Source: Geobacter sulfurreducens PCA
Lineage (GTDB): Bacteria; Desulfobacterota; Desulfuromonadia; Geobacterales; Geobacteraceae
NCBI RefSeq assembly: GCF_000007985.2
Contig: NC_002939.5
Location: 1,620,001 to 1,652,000 of the forward strand
DNA: 32,000 nucleotides
Direction: 5' to 3'
Below, piece after piece: positions 9,152 through 17,807 of the stretch (position 1 is its first letter; every line of letters starts with the position of its first letter). Made by a program: the position numbers and the translations under genes. A model generated the notes under the pieces. That model was given only the letters and a program-made list of their open reading frames with translations, was not told the DNA's origin and searched no databases.

Positions 9152-10018
9152 ATGTCAGAAGATAATCAGAAGGTCCTGCCGTTCCTCGAACATCTGGTGG
9201 AACTGCGCAAGCGGCTTATCATCATCATTGTGGCGGTTGTGGTGGGCATGGGGTTCGCCTGGAACCTTTCGAACGGCCTCCTTCACTTTGTTACGAAGCC
9301 GATCACCGGCGAAACCTACCTCACTGACATCAAGAAGCAGGTATATCAGGAAGTGGGCAAGCGTTTCCCAGCCGCTTACAAGCAGTTTGAGCTTGAAAAG
9401 GCGATGAACGCGGCACCCAAGGAGCGCAAGCTCAACTACAGCGCCCCCCTTGAGCCCTTTTTCGTCCAGTGCAAGATATCGGTTATCGCCGGATTTATCC
9501 TGGCGCTTCCCGTTGTGTTTTACCAGCTCTGGCTTTTCATCGCGCCGGGGCTCACCCGGAAAGAAAAGCGGATGGTGCTGCCCTTCGTGACCGTAAGTAC
9601 GGTGAGTTTCTGCGTGGGGGCACTCTTTTTCCTGGTAGTCATCTGGCCGGTCATCATCAATTTCTCCCTGTCCTATGAAGCGGAGGGGCTCAACAGCCTC
9701 TTCAACATGAGTGCGTACATCAACTTCTGCCTCCGCCTGATCCTGATGTTCGGCCTCATCTTCGAGTTGCCGATCCTGATGCTGCTTCTGTCGCGCTTCG
9801 GAATTGTTACCTATCAGTTCTTGGCCCGCAACCGTCGCTACGCCCTCCTGGCAAGTTCCATTGTGGCTGCCTTCCACGCCGACCTCATCACCATGTTCGT
9901 CATCATGGTGCCGCTGTATATGATGTACGAGATCAGCGTCTGGCTCGTCCTCCTCTTCGGCAAGAAAAAGCCGGTGGAGGCAGTGGCCGGCGAGGGGCCG
10001 ACCGGCGCCGCGTCATGA
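9152..10018 (+). CDS. tatC: Twin-arginine translocase subunit TatC
   Basis: It carries the N-terminal signature LEHLVELRKRLIIIIVAVVVG, six predicted TM segments and the FELPILMLLLSRFGIV motif. The first periplasmic loop looks longer than usual. Confidence 0.85.
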   Translation: MSEDNQKVLPFLEHLVELRKRLIIIIVAVVVGMGFAWNLSNGLLHFVTKPITGETYLTDIKKQVYQEVGKRFPAAYKQFELEKAMNAAPKERKLNYSAPLEPFFVQCKISVIAGFILALPVVFYQLWLFIAPGLTRKEKRMVLPFVTVSTVSFCVGALFFLVVIWPVIINFSLSYEAEGLNSLFNMSAYINFCLRLILMFGLIFELPILMLLLSRFGIVTYQFLARNRRYALLASSIVAAFHADLITMFVIMVPLYMMYEISVWLVLLFGKKKPVEAVAGEGPTGAAS

Positions 10019-10983
10019 AAATCTTCCGGAGCATTGACGAAATTCGTGAACCGTTGCCGAGCCCGGTGGTAACCATCGGCAACTTCGACGGTGTTCATCT
10101 CGGCCACCGCGAGATATTCAGACGGGTCAAGCGTGAGGCCGCGCGACTGGACGGGGTTTCCATGGTGATCACCTTCACCCCCCATCCACTGAAGGTCCTG
10201 GGGCTCCGGAAGGAGTTGCGTCTCATCAACACCTATGCCGAGAAGGAGCTTCTTATCGAAGCGTCAGGGATTGATTGCCTTCTGACGATCCCCTTTACCG
10301 CCGAGTTCGCTGCCATCGGCGCCGAACGGTTCGTGGGCGAGATCCTCGTGGGACGGATCGGGGTGAAGAAGCTCGTCATCGGTTATGATTACGCCTTTGG
10401 CAGGAACCGCGAAGGTGATGTGGCCATGCTCCGGAGGATGGGCGAAGAGCACGGTTTCGAGGTGGAAGTGCTCGAGCAGATCGCCAGCGGCGAAACGGTG
10501 TACAGCAGCAGTGCCGTGCGGCGGATGATCGCGGCGGGCAATGTTCGTGAGGTGGTCAGCCTGATCGGCCGGCACTATTCAGTCGGGGGGACGGTGGTTC
10601 ACGGCCGCCGGCGCGGGAAGGATCTGGGTTTCCCCACGGCCAATCTCCGGACCGAAAAGGAATTGATCCCTGCCGCCGGGGTCTATGCGGTCAAGGTGCG
10701 AGTGGACGATACCATTCGGGACGGGGCCTGCAATATCGGCAACAACCCCACCTTCGGCAATGAAGAGGTGACTGTCGAGGTTCATATCCTCGACTTCGAC
10801 GGTGACCTCTACGGCAAGGAAATCCGTGTGTATTTCGTGGATCGGGTCCGTGAGGAACTGCGCTATCCCGATCTCAACGCCCTCAAGGAGGGAATCAGCC
10901 GGGATGTGGCCCGGTGTCGCGAGCTTCTGGCCGGCGTCTCCATCATCGAATACCGCGACTATCTCGGTGGTGACGCAGCGTGA
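10015..10983 (+). CDS. ribF: Bifunctional riboflavin kinase / FMN adenylyltransferase
   Basis: GNFDGVHLGH (adenylyltransferase motif) and GFPTANL (kinase motif) are present. There is an ATGA overlap with the tatC stop. Confidence 0.9.
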   Translation: MKIFRSIDEIREPLPSPVVTIGNFDGVHLGHREIFRRVKREAARLDGVSMVITFTPHPLKVLGLRKELRLINTYAEKELLIEASGIDCLLTIPFTAEFAAIGAERFVGEILVGRIGVKKLVIGYDYAFGRNREGDVAMLRRMGEEHGFEVEVLEQIASGETVYSSSAVRRMIAAGNVREVVSLIGRHYSVGGTVVHGRRRGKDLGFPTANLRTEKELIPAAGVYAVKVRVDDTIRDGACNIGNNPTFGNEEVTVEVHILDFDGDLYGKEIRVYFVDRVREELRYPDLNALKEGISRDVARCRELLAGVSIIEYRDYLGGDAA

Positions 10984-12020
10984 GAGGAGTACCCGGCGAC
11001 AGACGTTTCTGGCTCGGAATCGGGATCAGCGTGTTTTTTGTGGCGCTGCTGGTGCGCTCGGTGGACGGGCATGAACTTCTGCGTGCGTTTCGGGGCATCC
11101 ATGCCGGCTACGTGGTCGTGGCGGTGGCCGTTACGCTCCTGAGCTACCTCGTTCGTGCTCTGCGCTGGAAGTATCTCCTCTCTCCCCTTGGCGAAACCCG
11201 CTTCGCCAACCTGTGTTCCGCCACGCTCATCGGTTACATGGCCAACAACCTTTTGCCGGCGCGCCTGGGAGAGTTCATCCGGGCCTGGGTGCTGGCCAGG
11301 CGTGAGGAGATGGAGCCGGGATCGGTGTTCGCCACGCTGGTTCTCGATCGCCTGGCGGATGGCTTTACGGTACTCCTCTTTCTGCTCGTAACGTTGTTCA
11401 CGCTTCAACTTCCGGCGGGAAGCGAGGCGGTCGGGCAAGGGCTCGTGATCGGCGGGTACATGATGCTCGGTCTGTACGGCGTGGTGGTTGTGGCGCTCGT
11501 GCTGCTCAAAAGGAAGACCGCGGCATCGCTCCGGTTTCTGGAACGACTGCTCCGCCCCTTTCCGGCACGGTTGACAGAGCGGGTCATCCCGCTGGTCGGC
11601 TCCTTTCTCGGCGGGGTCAGGATTTCGCCCCGGCCGCGGGAGTGGTGGGCGGTGGGGTGCACATCCGTGGCAATCTGGGTTCTGGCAGTAATCCCCGTGG
11701 ACTTGGTCCTGCGAGCCTTCGGCTTTTCCTTCCCGTTCGCCGTTTCCCTGTTCATCTTGGTCCTGCTGGTCTTTGCAGTCATGGTGCCGGCGTCGCCGGG
11801 ATATGTGGGAACATACCACGCAGCGTGCGTCTATGGTCTGCTGGCCTTCGGAGTTCCCCGCGAGACGGCCTTGAGCGCGGCCATCGTGATTCACGGCATC
11901 AACTATGTTCCGGTCATCGCCGTGGGTATTGTCTGTCTCTGGAGGGAAGGACTTTCCCTTCAGGCGCTACGGCGCAGTGGACCCTTGTCGGGGACCGGGA
12001 CCCCTTCGGGGGGGAAATGA
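10980..12020 (+). CDS. LPG_synthase_TM / UPF0104-family polytopic membrane protein (flippase-like)
   Basis: 346 aa and highly hydrophobic. The family motif NNLLPARLGEFIRAWVLARRE is present. The GTG start overlaps the ribF stop (GTGA). Confidence 0.7.
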   Translation: MRGVPGDRRFWLGIGISVFFVALLVRSVDGHELLRAFRGIHAGYVVVAVAVTLLSYLVRALRWKYLLSPLGETRFANLCSATLIGYMANNLLPARLGEFIRAWVLARREEMEPGSVFATLVLDRLADGFTVLLFLLVTLFTLQLPAGSEAVGQGLVIGGYMMLGLYGVVVVALVLLKRKTAASLRFLERLLRPFPARLTERVIPLVGSFLGGVRISPRPREWWAVGCTSVAIWVLAVIPVDLVLRAFGFSFPFAVSLFILVLLVFAVMVPASPGYVGTYHAACVYGLLAFGVPRETALSAAIVIHGINYVPVIAVGIVCLWREGLSLQALRRSGPLSGTGTPSGGK

Positions 12021-12039
12021 GATTCATGGAGAGGTTCTG

Positions 12040-13911
12040 ATGCGCGCATCCCAATCTGCCATTTTTCGTCGGATCGATCCCTTTGCAATTCTGTCGTTTA
12101 CCATACCACTTGCCGTTTATTTGCTTACTCTTGCTCCCTCAGTGACGTTTTTTGACAGTGGCGAGTTCATAACGGCCATCCATTCCCTGGGGACGGCCCA
12201 TTCACCCGGCTACCCCCTCTTCGTCAATTACGGCAAACCATTCACCTGGCTCCCCTTCGGCAACATCGCTTTCCGGGTCAATATCGCCACGGCCGTTTCC
12301 GCGTCAGCGGCCTGTTTTGCCGTCTATTTTCTGACTCATTATCTGTTGAAGCGGGAAGAACTGGTTCCGGATTTACGATTTTCGGATACCTTTGCCAGGT
12401 TGTGCGGACTGGCCGCGGCCCTTGCCTTTGCCTTTTCCGCGCGGCTCTGGCTCCAGTCAAACCACGACAAACCCTATCCCCTGGTGGCTTTCATGACAGC
12501 CATGGTCTTTTATCTTCTCGTCACATGGCGCGAGCGCTACGATGAGGGAGAGATGCGGCCGTCACACATCTACCTGGGGGCATTCATCTGCGGGCTCGCC
12601 ACGGGCGCCCATCAGACCATAGTGCTCATGCTCCCTGCCTATGCATGGCTGATCCTTTCCAAAAACTGGCGCCTGGCGGCAAGGGTAAAGGAGCTTGCTC
12701 TTACGGTCGCCTTCGGCCTCATGGGGTTTGCCATTCAGCTCCACATGCCGATCCGTGCCATGCGTAACCCGCTGCTCAACTGGGGAGATCCCCGGACCCT
12801 CGATCTGTTTCTCTGGAATTTCCTCCGTAAGGGATATCCGGTGGAACCGCCGGACCGGAACCTGGCCCTTGCCTGGCAGCAGCTCTCCGCCTTCAACTTG
12901 CCCCGGGAGTTCACATGGGTCGGCCTTGTTTTGCTGCTGGTGGGGATTGGCGCATTTTTCACGCGGCGCAGGGATGAAATCATCGCCTACCTGCTCGCCA
13001 TTGTCTGTTCACTGCTGGTTATTGTCGGCTATTTCAACACGCCTGGCGATCTCATTTTTCTCACCGAGGAGTTCTTCACCCCGATCTACCTCCTCTCGGC
13101 AGTATTCATTGGACTGGGGCTTTTTACGCTGCTGAGGTTGGCGCTCAGGAACAATCCGGTGGAGAAACTGCGGACGGTGCCGATAAAGTTAATGGCGGGC
13201 TTGCTGCTCCTTGTTCTTCCTTCGGCCATCTGCGCCATGAATTACTACGAGAACGATCAGCACGAGAATTATGTGGCCTTTGATTACGCCACCAATACCC
13301 TGCGCTCTCTTTCGCCGGGCGCGGTTCTCTTCACATGGGGCGACAGCGGTGCCTTCCCCCTCTGGTATCTGCAGGGGGTGGAACGGATGCGCGAGGACCT
13401 GGACCTTCTGCACACGCCCCACCTGGTTTTTGATTGGTATCTGGATGCCTTCCCCCACCTGTTCGGCAGGAGCGTGCTCCGAACAATGCCGGAGAGACGG
13501 CAGTCGTCCGAAGTGGCTCTCAAACTGGCCGTGGCGGAACAGATCGTCAGCAGACCGGTCTTCATCGATTTTTCAACGCGCTACTCCCTTCCGTTTGCCG
13601 AATATGGCCTGAAGCAGCGCGGCATCTGTTACCAGTTGATCAACGACGGCGGATCCGTCCTGCGGCCGCCTGATTTGGCGGTGTGGAGGCTCTATGCCTC
13701 ACGGGGATACACGAGCCAGATGGGCTTCAGGGATCTGGACACGGGCAAGGCGATACTCATTTACGCCAGCTGCCGCATGGAGGCCGGAGAAATACTGCTG
13801 CGCATGGGCTATCGCCAGCAGGGAGCCGAGGAGTTGTCGGCCGCCGCGGCCATAGCCCCCGAGTTGCGGGCACAGGTTGAGCAAGTGCTTGCGGCCTATG
13901 GAGCGAGGTGA
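12040..13911 (+). CDS. DUF2723 / TMEM260-like GT-C-fold glycosyltransferase (polytopic membrane protein with a C-terminal soluble domain)
   Basis: I prefer the ATG at 12040 (GGAGAGG upstream) over the track start at 11905. The first loop reads LAPSVTFFDSGEFITAIHSLGTAHSPGYPLF, the DUF2723 signature as I remember it. It has about 10 TM segments followed by a helical C-terminal domain. Confidence 0.7.
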   Translation: MRASQSAIFRRIDPFAILSFTIPLAVYLLTLAPSVTFFDSGEFITAIHSLGTAHSPGYPLFVNYGKPFTWLPFGNIAFRVNIATAVSASAACFAVYFLTHYLLKREELVPDLRFSDTFARLCGLAAALAFAFSARLWLQSNHDKPYPLVAFMTAMVFYLLVTWRERYDEGEMRPSHIYLGAFICGLATGAHQTIVLMLPAYAWLILSKNWRLAARVKELALTVAFGLMGFAIQLHMPIRAMRNPLLNWGDPRTLDLFLWNFLRKGYPVEPPDRNLALAWQQLSAFNLPREFTWVGLVLLLVGIGAFFTRRRDEIIAYLLAIVCSLLVIVGYFNTPGDLIFLTEEFFTPIYLLSAVFIGLGLFTLLRLALRNNPVEKLRTVPIKLMAGLLLLVLPSAICAMNYYENDQHENYVAFDYATNTLRSLSPGAVLFTWGDSGAFPLWYLQGVERMREDLDLLHTPHLVFDWYLDAFPHLFGRSVLRTMPERRQSSEVALKLAVAEQIVSRPVFIDFSTRYSLPFAEYGLKQRGICYQLINDGGSVLRPPDLAVWRLYASRGYTSQMGFRDLDTGKAILIYASCRMEAGEILLRMGYRQQGAEELSAAAAIAPELRAQVEQVLAAYGAR

Positions 13912-14774
13912 TCATGCCGTTTACGGGTGCTACCAGAGTACTGGGAATCATCGGTCAGCCGGTGTCCCATTCGCTTTCGCCTCTCATGCAGAATGCGGCG
14001 CTGCAGGCCATGGGGCTCGATTATGCGTATGTTCCCTTTGCCGTTGAGGAGGACTGCCTGGCCGACGCGGTGAGGGGGTTGGCGGCCCTGGGTGTGGTCG
14101 GTTTCAATGTGACCATTCCTCATAAATCGGCCATCCTGCCGCTGCTGGACCGGCTTTCGCCGGAAGCCGAGCTGATCGGCGCCGCCAATGTCGTAAAACG
14201 CGAAGGGAGCGATCTGGTCGGATACAACACCGACGGCACGGGGTTTATTCAGTCTCTGAGCGAAGATCTCGGTTTTACTCCGGCCGGGTGTCGGATTCTC
14301 GTCATGGGGGCCGGTGGTGCTGCCCGAGCAGCAGTTGCATCGTTGGCCGGTGCCGGGGCGGCATCGGTGGTTATCGCCAACCGGAGCATTGCCAGGGGGG
14401 AAGAGCTGTCGGCGGCGTTCAGGCGGCACTTTATCGGCACACAATTTGCTGCAATTCCCCTCGACCCGGAGAACCTGAATCGGTGCGTTCAAAATTTTGA
14501 CCTTCTGGTCAACACCTCTTCCGTGGGGATGGGGGGGACTGCTTTCCCGGGCATGGATCTCTCCCGCATGGGTCCCCACGGTGCCGTGTACGACATGGTC
14601 TACGTTCCCGCCGTTACCCCCTTGCTCGCCGAGGCTGAGCGTTGCGGCATACGCTACGCCAACGGCATCGGCATGCTGGCGGCCCAGGGTGAGTGCGCGC
14701 TGGAACTATGGACCGGAGTACGGCCTCCCGAGGGACTCATGAAAGCGTGTCTCATGGCGGCTCTGATGAGCTAA
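13908..14774 (+). CDS. aroE: Shikimate 5-dehydrogenase
   Basis: GIIGQPVSHSLSPLMQNAAL and the NADP-binding motif GAGGAARA are present. The GTG at 13908 overlaps the previous stop. An ATG at 13914 is an alternative start. Confidence 0.9.
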   Translation: MIMPFTGATRVLGIIGQPVSHSLSPLMQNAALQAMGLDYAYVPFAVEEDCLADAVRGLAALGVVGFNVTIPHKSAILPLLDRLSPEAELIGAANVVKREGSDLVGYNTDGTGFIQSLSEDLGFTPAGCRILVMGAGGAARAAVASLAGAGAASVVIANRSIARGEELSAAFRRHFIGTQFAAIPLDPENLNRCVQNFDLLVNTSSVGMGGTAFPGMDLSRMGPHGAVYDMVYVPAVTPLLAEAERCGIRYANGIGMLAAQGECALELWTGVRPPEGLMKACLMAALMS

Positions 14775-14781
14775 CTACTTC

Positions 14782-14810
14782 TTGACATTGGACTTTTGAC
14801 GACCTACGAT
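14782..14810 (+). promoter_or_regulatory. Sigma70-type promoter upstream of pilB
   Basis: TTGACA (14782-14787), a 17-nt spacer, then TACGAT (14805-14810), about 30 nt upstream of the pilB ATG. Confidence 0.45.
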
Positions 14811-14839
14811 GGGTTCGTCGCCAATACGCCGGAGAGTCT

Positions 14840-16546
14840 ATGCAGGCTAGCAGACTGGGAGAACTCCTGGTTCGAAACAATATCATCACCAAGGAACAGC
14901 TTGCCAAGGCACTGGACGAGCAACGAACCTCCGGCGGCCAACAGCGCCTTGGCTCCATCCTCGTCAAGAACGGCCTTGTCACTGAGCCCGATCTCACCAC
15001 GTTCCTCTCCAAGCAGTACGGTGTCCCCTCCATCAATCTGAGTGAATTCGAAGCCGATATGGCGGTGGTCAAGATCATCCCCGCCGACGTGGCCCAGAAG
15101 TACCAGATCGTCCCGGTGAACAGGGCCGGTTCGACCCTGATCATTGCCATGGCTGACCCGTCGAACATCTTCGCCATCGACGACATCAAGTTCATGACCG
15201 GCTACAACGTGGAGGTGGTCGTCGCTTCCGAGTCGTCCATCAAGACTGCCATCGACAAGTACTATGACCAGTCAGCGTCTCTGGCCGACGTCATGAACGA
15301 CCTGGAGATGGACGATCTGGAGGTTATCGGCGAGGACGAGGATGTAGACGTTTCTTCCCTCGAACGGGCGACCGAGGATGCGCCGGTCGTCAAGCTCGTG
15401 AACCTGATCCTCACCGACGCCATCAAGAAGAAGGCGAGTGATATCCATATCGAGCCCTATGAGCGGACCTTCCGGGTGCGCTATCGGATCGACGGCGTCC
15501 TCTACGAAGTCATGAAGCCCCCCCTGAAACTGAAAAACGCCATCACGTCGCGGATCAAGATCATGGCTGACCTGGATATTGCCGAACGGCGGCTTCCCCA
15601 GGACGGCCGCATCAAGATCAAAATGGGTGGCGGGCAGGACATGGACTACCGGGTGTCGGTCCTGCCGACCCTGTTCGGCGAGAAGGTGGTTCTGCGACTC
15701 CTGGACAAGTCGAACCTCCAGCTCGACATGACCAAGCTGGGCTACGAGCCCACGGCGTTGAGCTACTTCAAGGAGGCGATTCACAAGCCCTTCGGCATGG
15801 TGCTGGTGACCGGACCCACGGGGAGCGGCAAGACGGTTTCCCTCTATTCGGCGCTTTCCGAGCTCAACAAGACTACCGAGAACATCTCCACGGCCGAAGA
15901 CCCGGTGGAGTTCAACTTCGCCGGCATCAACCAGGTGCAGATGCACGAAGATATCGGTCTTACCTTTGCCGCCGCGCTCCGCTCCTTCCTGCGTCAGGAC
16001 CCGGACATCATCATGATCGGAGAGATCCGGGACTTCGAGACGGCCGAGATCGCCATCAAGGCTGCGCTTACCGGTCACTTGGTTCTCTCTACCCTTCACA
16101 CCAACGATGCCCCGGCCACCATCAACCGGCTGTTGAACATGGGGGTCGAGCCGTTTCTTGTTGCCTCGGCGGTGAACCTGATTACCGCCCAGCGTCTTGC
16201 CCGGCGGGTCTGCTCCGAGTGCAAGGCCGTGGAGGAGATACCGATCCAGGCTTTGATCGATGCAGGCGTCCCTCCCGAGGAAGCTCCTGAATATGTCTGC
16301 TTTCGCGGCACCGGTTGTGCCAAGTGCAACAACACCGGCTACAAGGGGCGCGTCGGCTTCTATCAGGTAATGCCCATGCTGGAGGAAATCAGGGAGCTGA
16401 TTCTCAACGGCGCCAATACGGCCGAAATCAAACGCGAATCCATGCGCCTGGGCATCAAGACCATGCGCCAATCGGGCCTGACCAAACTCAAGGAGGGGGT
16501 TACCTCCTTTGAGGAGGTGCTACGGGTTACCGTGGCTGACGACTAA
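14840..16546 (+). CDS. pilB: Type IV pilus assembly (extension) ATPase PilB
   Basis: 568 aa. Walker A is GPTGSGKT, Walker B is DPDIIMIGEIRD and the His box is LTGHLVLSTLHTN. A Cys cluster is present (CSEC...CFRGTGCAKC). The N-terminal domain is T2SSE_N/MshEN-type. Confidence 0.95.
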   Translation: MQASRLGELLVRNNIITKEQLAKALDEQRTSGGQQRLGSILVKNGLVTEPDLTTFLSKQYGVPSINLSEFEADMAVVKIIPADVAQKYQIVPVNRAGSTLIIAMADPSNIFAIDDIKFMTGYNVEVVVASESSIKTAIDKYYDQSASLADVMNDLEMDDLEVIGEDEDVDVSSLERATEDAPVVKLVNLILTDAIKKKASDIHIEPYERTFRVRYRIDGVLYEVMKPPLKLKNAITSRIKIMADLDIAERRLPQDGRIKIKMGGGQDMDYRVSVLPTLFGEKVVLRLLDKSNLQLDMTKLGYEPTALSYFKEAIHKPFGMVLVTGPTGSGKTVSLYSALSELNKTTENISTAEDPVEFNFAGINQVQMHEDIGLTFAAALRSFLRQDPDIIMIGEIRDFETAEIAIKAALTGHLVLSTLHTNDAPATINRLLNMGVEPFLVASAVNLITAQRLARRVCSECKAVEEIPIQALIDAGVPPEEAPEYVCFRGTGCAKCNNTGYKGRVGFYQVMPMLEEIRELILNGANTAEIKRESMRLGIKTMRQSGLTKLKEGVTSFEEVLRVTVADD

Positions 16547-16673
16547 ACAAAATGCCATACGCGAGCGATCACGGCGTGGCTCTATCGCGGCTTCCTCAGC
16601 GTACTTCCCATAAGCCCCGGAGCCTCAATCCCGCTCATCTGAGATCTGACATTTTGTAACGGAGAACATCATA

Positions 16674-17771
16674 ATGGCCAACATGCATCAACTCCTCACG
16701 GAACTCGTCAATCGCGGGGGCTCGGACCTTCACATCACCACTAACTCGCCCCCGCAGATCCGGGTCGACGGCCAGTTGATCCCTCTCGAGATGCCACCGC
16801 TCAATGCGGTGGACACCAAGCAGCTCTGCTACAGCATCCTTACTGAGCAGCAGAAGCACAAATTCGAGGAAGCCAACGAACTCGACCTTTCCTTCGGCAT
16901 CAAGGGGCTTTCCCGTTTCCGGGGGAACGTGTTCATTCAGCGGGGCGCAGTTGCCGGCGTGTTCCGGGTGATTCCCTACAAGATTCTCACCTTTGAAGAG
17001 CTGGGTCTGCCGGTGGTGGTGAAAGAGCTGGCGGAGAAGCCTCGGGGGCTGATCCTCGTTACCGGACCCACCGGCAGCGGCAAGTCGACCACCCTGGCCG
17101 CCATCATCGACAAGATCAACACCGAACGGCACGATCATATTGTGACCATCGAGGATCCCATCGAGTACCTGCATCCTCACAAGAGTTGCGTGGTGAACCA
17201 GCGTGAGGTGGGGGCCGATACGAAAAGCTTCAAGAACGCCTTGAAATATATCCTGCGCCAGGATCCGGACGTGGTCCTCGTGGGGGAGCTCCGGGATCTG
17301 GAGACCATCGAGGCGGCCCTGACCCTTGCCGAGACCGGTCACCTCTGTCTCGCCACGCTCCACACAAACTCGGCGGTGCAGACCATCAACCGGATCGTGG
17401 ACGTATTTCCCCCCTACCAGCAGCCCCAGGTCCGTGCCCAGCTTTCTTTCGTTCTGGAAGGGGTCATGTCCCAGACCCTGCTGCCGAACGTATCGGGCAA
17501 GGGGAGGGTGCTGGCCCTGGAGGTGATGGTGCCCAATCCGGCCATCCGTAACCTGATCCGCGAAGACAAGATCCACCAGATCTATTCCCAGATGCAGGTG
17601 GGGCAGGAGAAGTTCGGCATGCAGACCATGAACCAGTCGCTGTTCAGTCTGTTGCAGAAGAGACGGATTTCGCTTGATGTGGCCATGGCCCGCTCGTCCG
17701 ATCCCGACGAACTCAAGCAGATGCTGGCCAGCGCCCAGCGGCCACCGGGTCAGCGCCCTCAGATGAGGTAA
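16674..17771 (+). CDS. pilT: Twitching-motility (retraction) ATPase PilT
   Basis: 365 aa. Walker A is GPTGSGKST. DPDVVLVGELRD and ETGHLCLATLHTNS are present, as is the PilT-specific AIRNLIRE motif. Confidence 0.95.
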   Translation: MANMHQLLTELVNRGGSDLHITTNSPPQIRVDGQLIPLEMPPLNAVDTKQLCYSILTEQQKHKFEEANELDLSFGIKGLSRFRGNVFIQRGAVAGVFRVIPYKILTFEELGLPVVVKELAEKPRGLILVTGPTGSGKSTTLAAIIDKINTERHDHIVTIEDPIEYLHPHKSCVVNQREVGADTKSFKNALKYILRQDPDVVLVGELRDLETIEAALTLAETGHLCLATLHTNSAVQTINRIVDVFPPYQQPQVRAQLSFVLEGVMSQTLLPNVSGKGRVLALEVMVPNPAIRNLIREDKIHQIYSQMQVGQEKFGMQTMNQSLFSLLQKRRISLDVAMARSSDPDELKQMLASAQRPPGQRPQMR

Positions 17772-17807
17772 CCGCCGCCGGATCGATCTGTACACAGGAG
17801 GAGAAAG

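Noticed and set aside
11905-12039. Upstream extension of the DUF2723 ORF (MFRSSPWVLSVSGGKDF...), overlapping the end of the preceding gene by 116 nt.
   Set aside because: The extension is non-hydrophobic, Gly/Pro/Arg-rich read-through of the neighbouring gene's 3' end. The ATG at 12040 has a GGAGAGG RBS and starts right before the conserved first TM segment and loop.
16577-16592. GG-N10-GC spacing (TGGCTCTATCGCGGCT) in the pilB-pilT spacer, a possible second sigma54 promoter.
   Set aside because: The -12 element is CGGC rather than TTGC and the -24 flank is poor. Chance GG-N10-GC matches are frequent in GC-rich DNA. No nearby enhancer-like repeats were seen.
16646-16676. Sigma70-like CTGACA-N18-CATAAT just before pilT.
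   Set aside because: The putative -10 overlaps the pilT ATG and would delete its GGAGA RBS from the transcript. It is more likely a coincidence.
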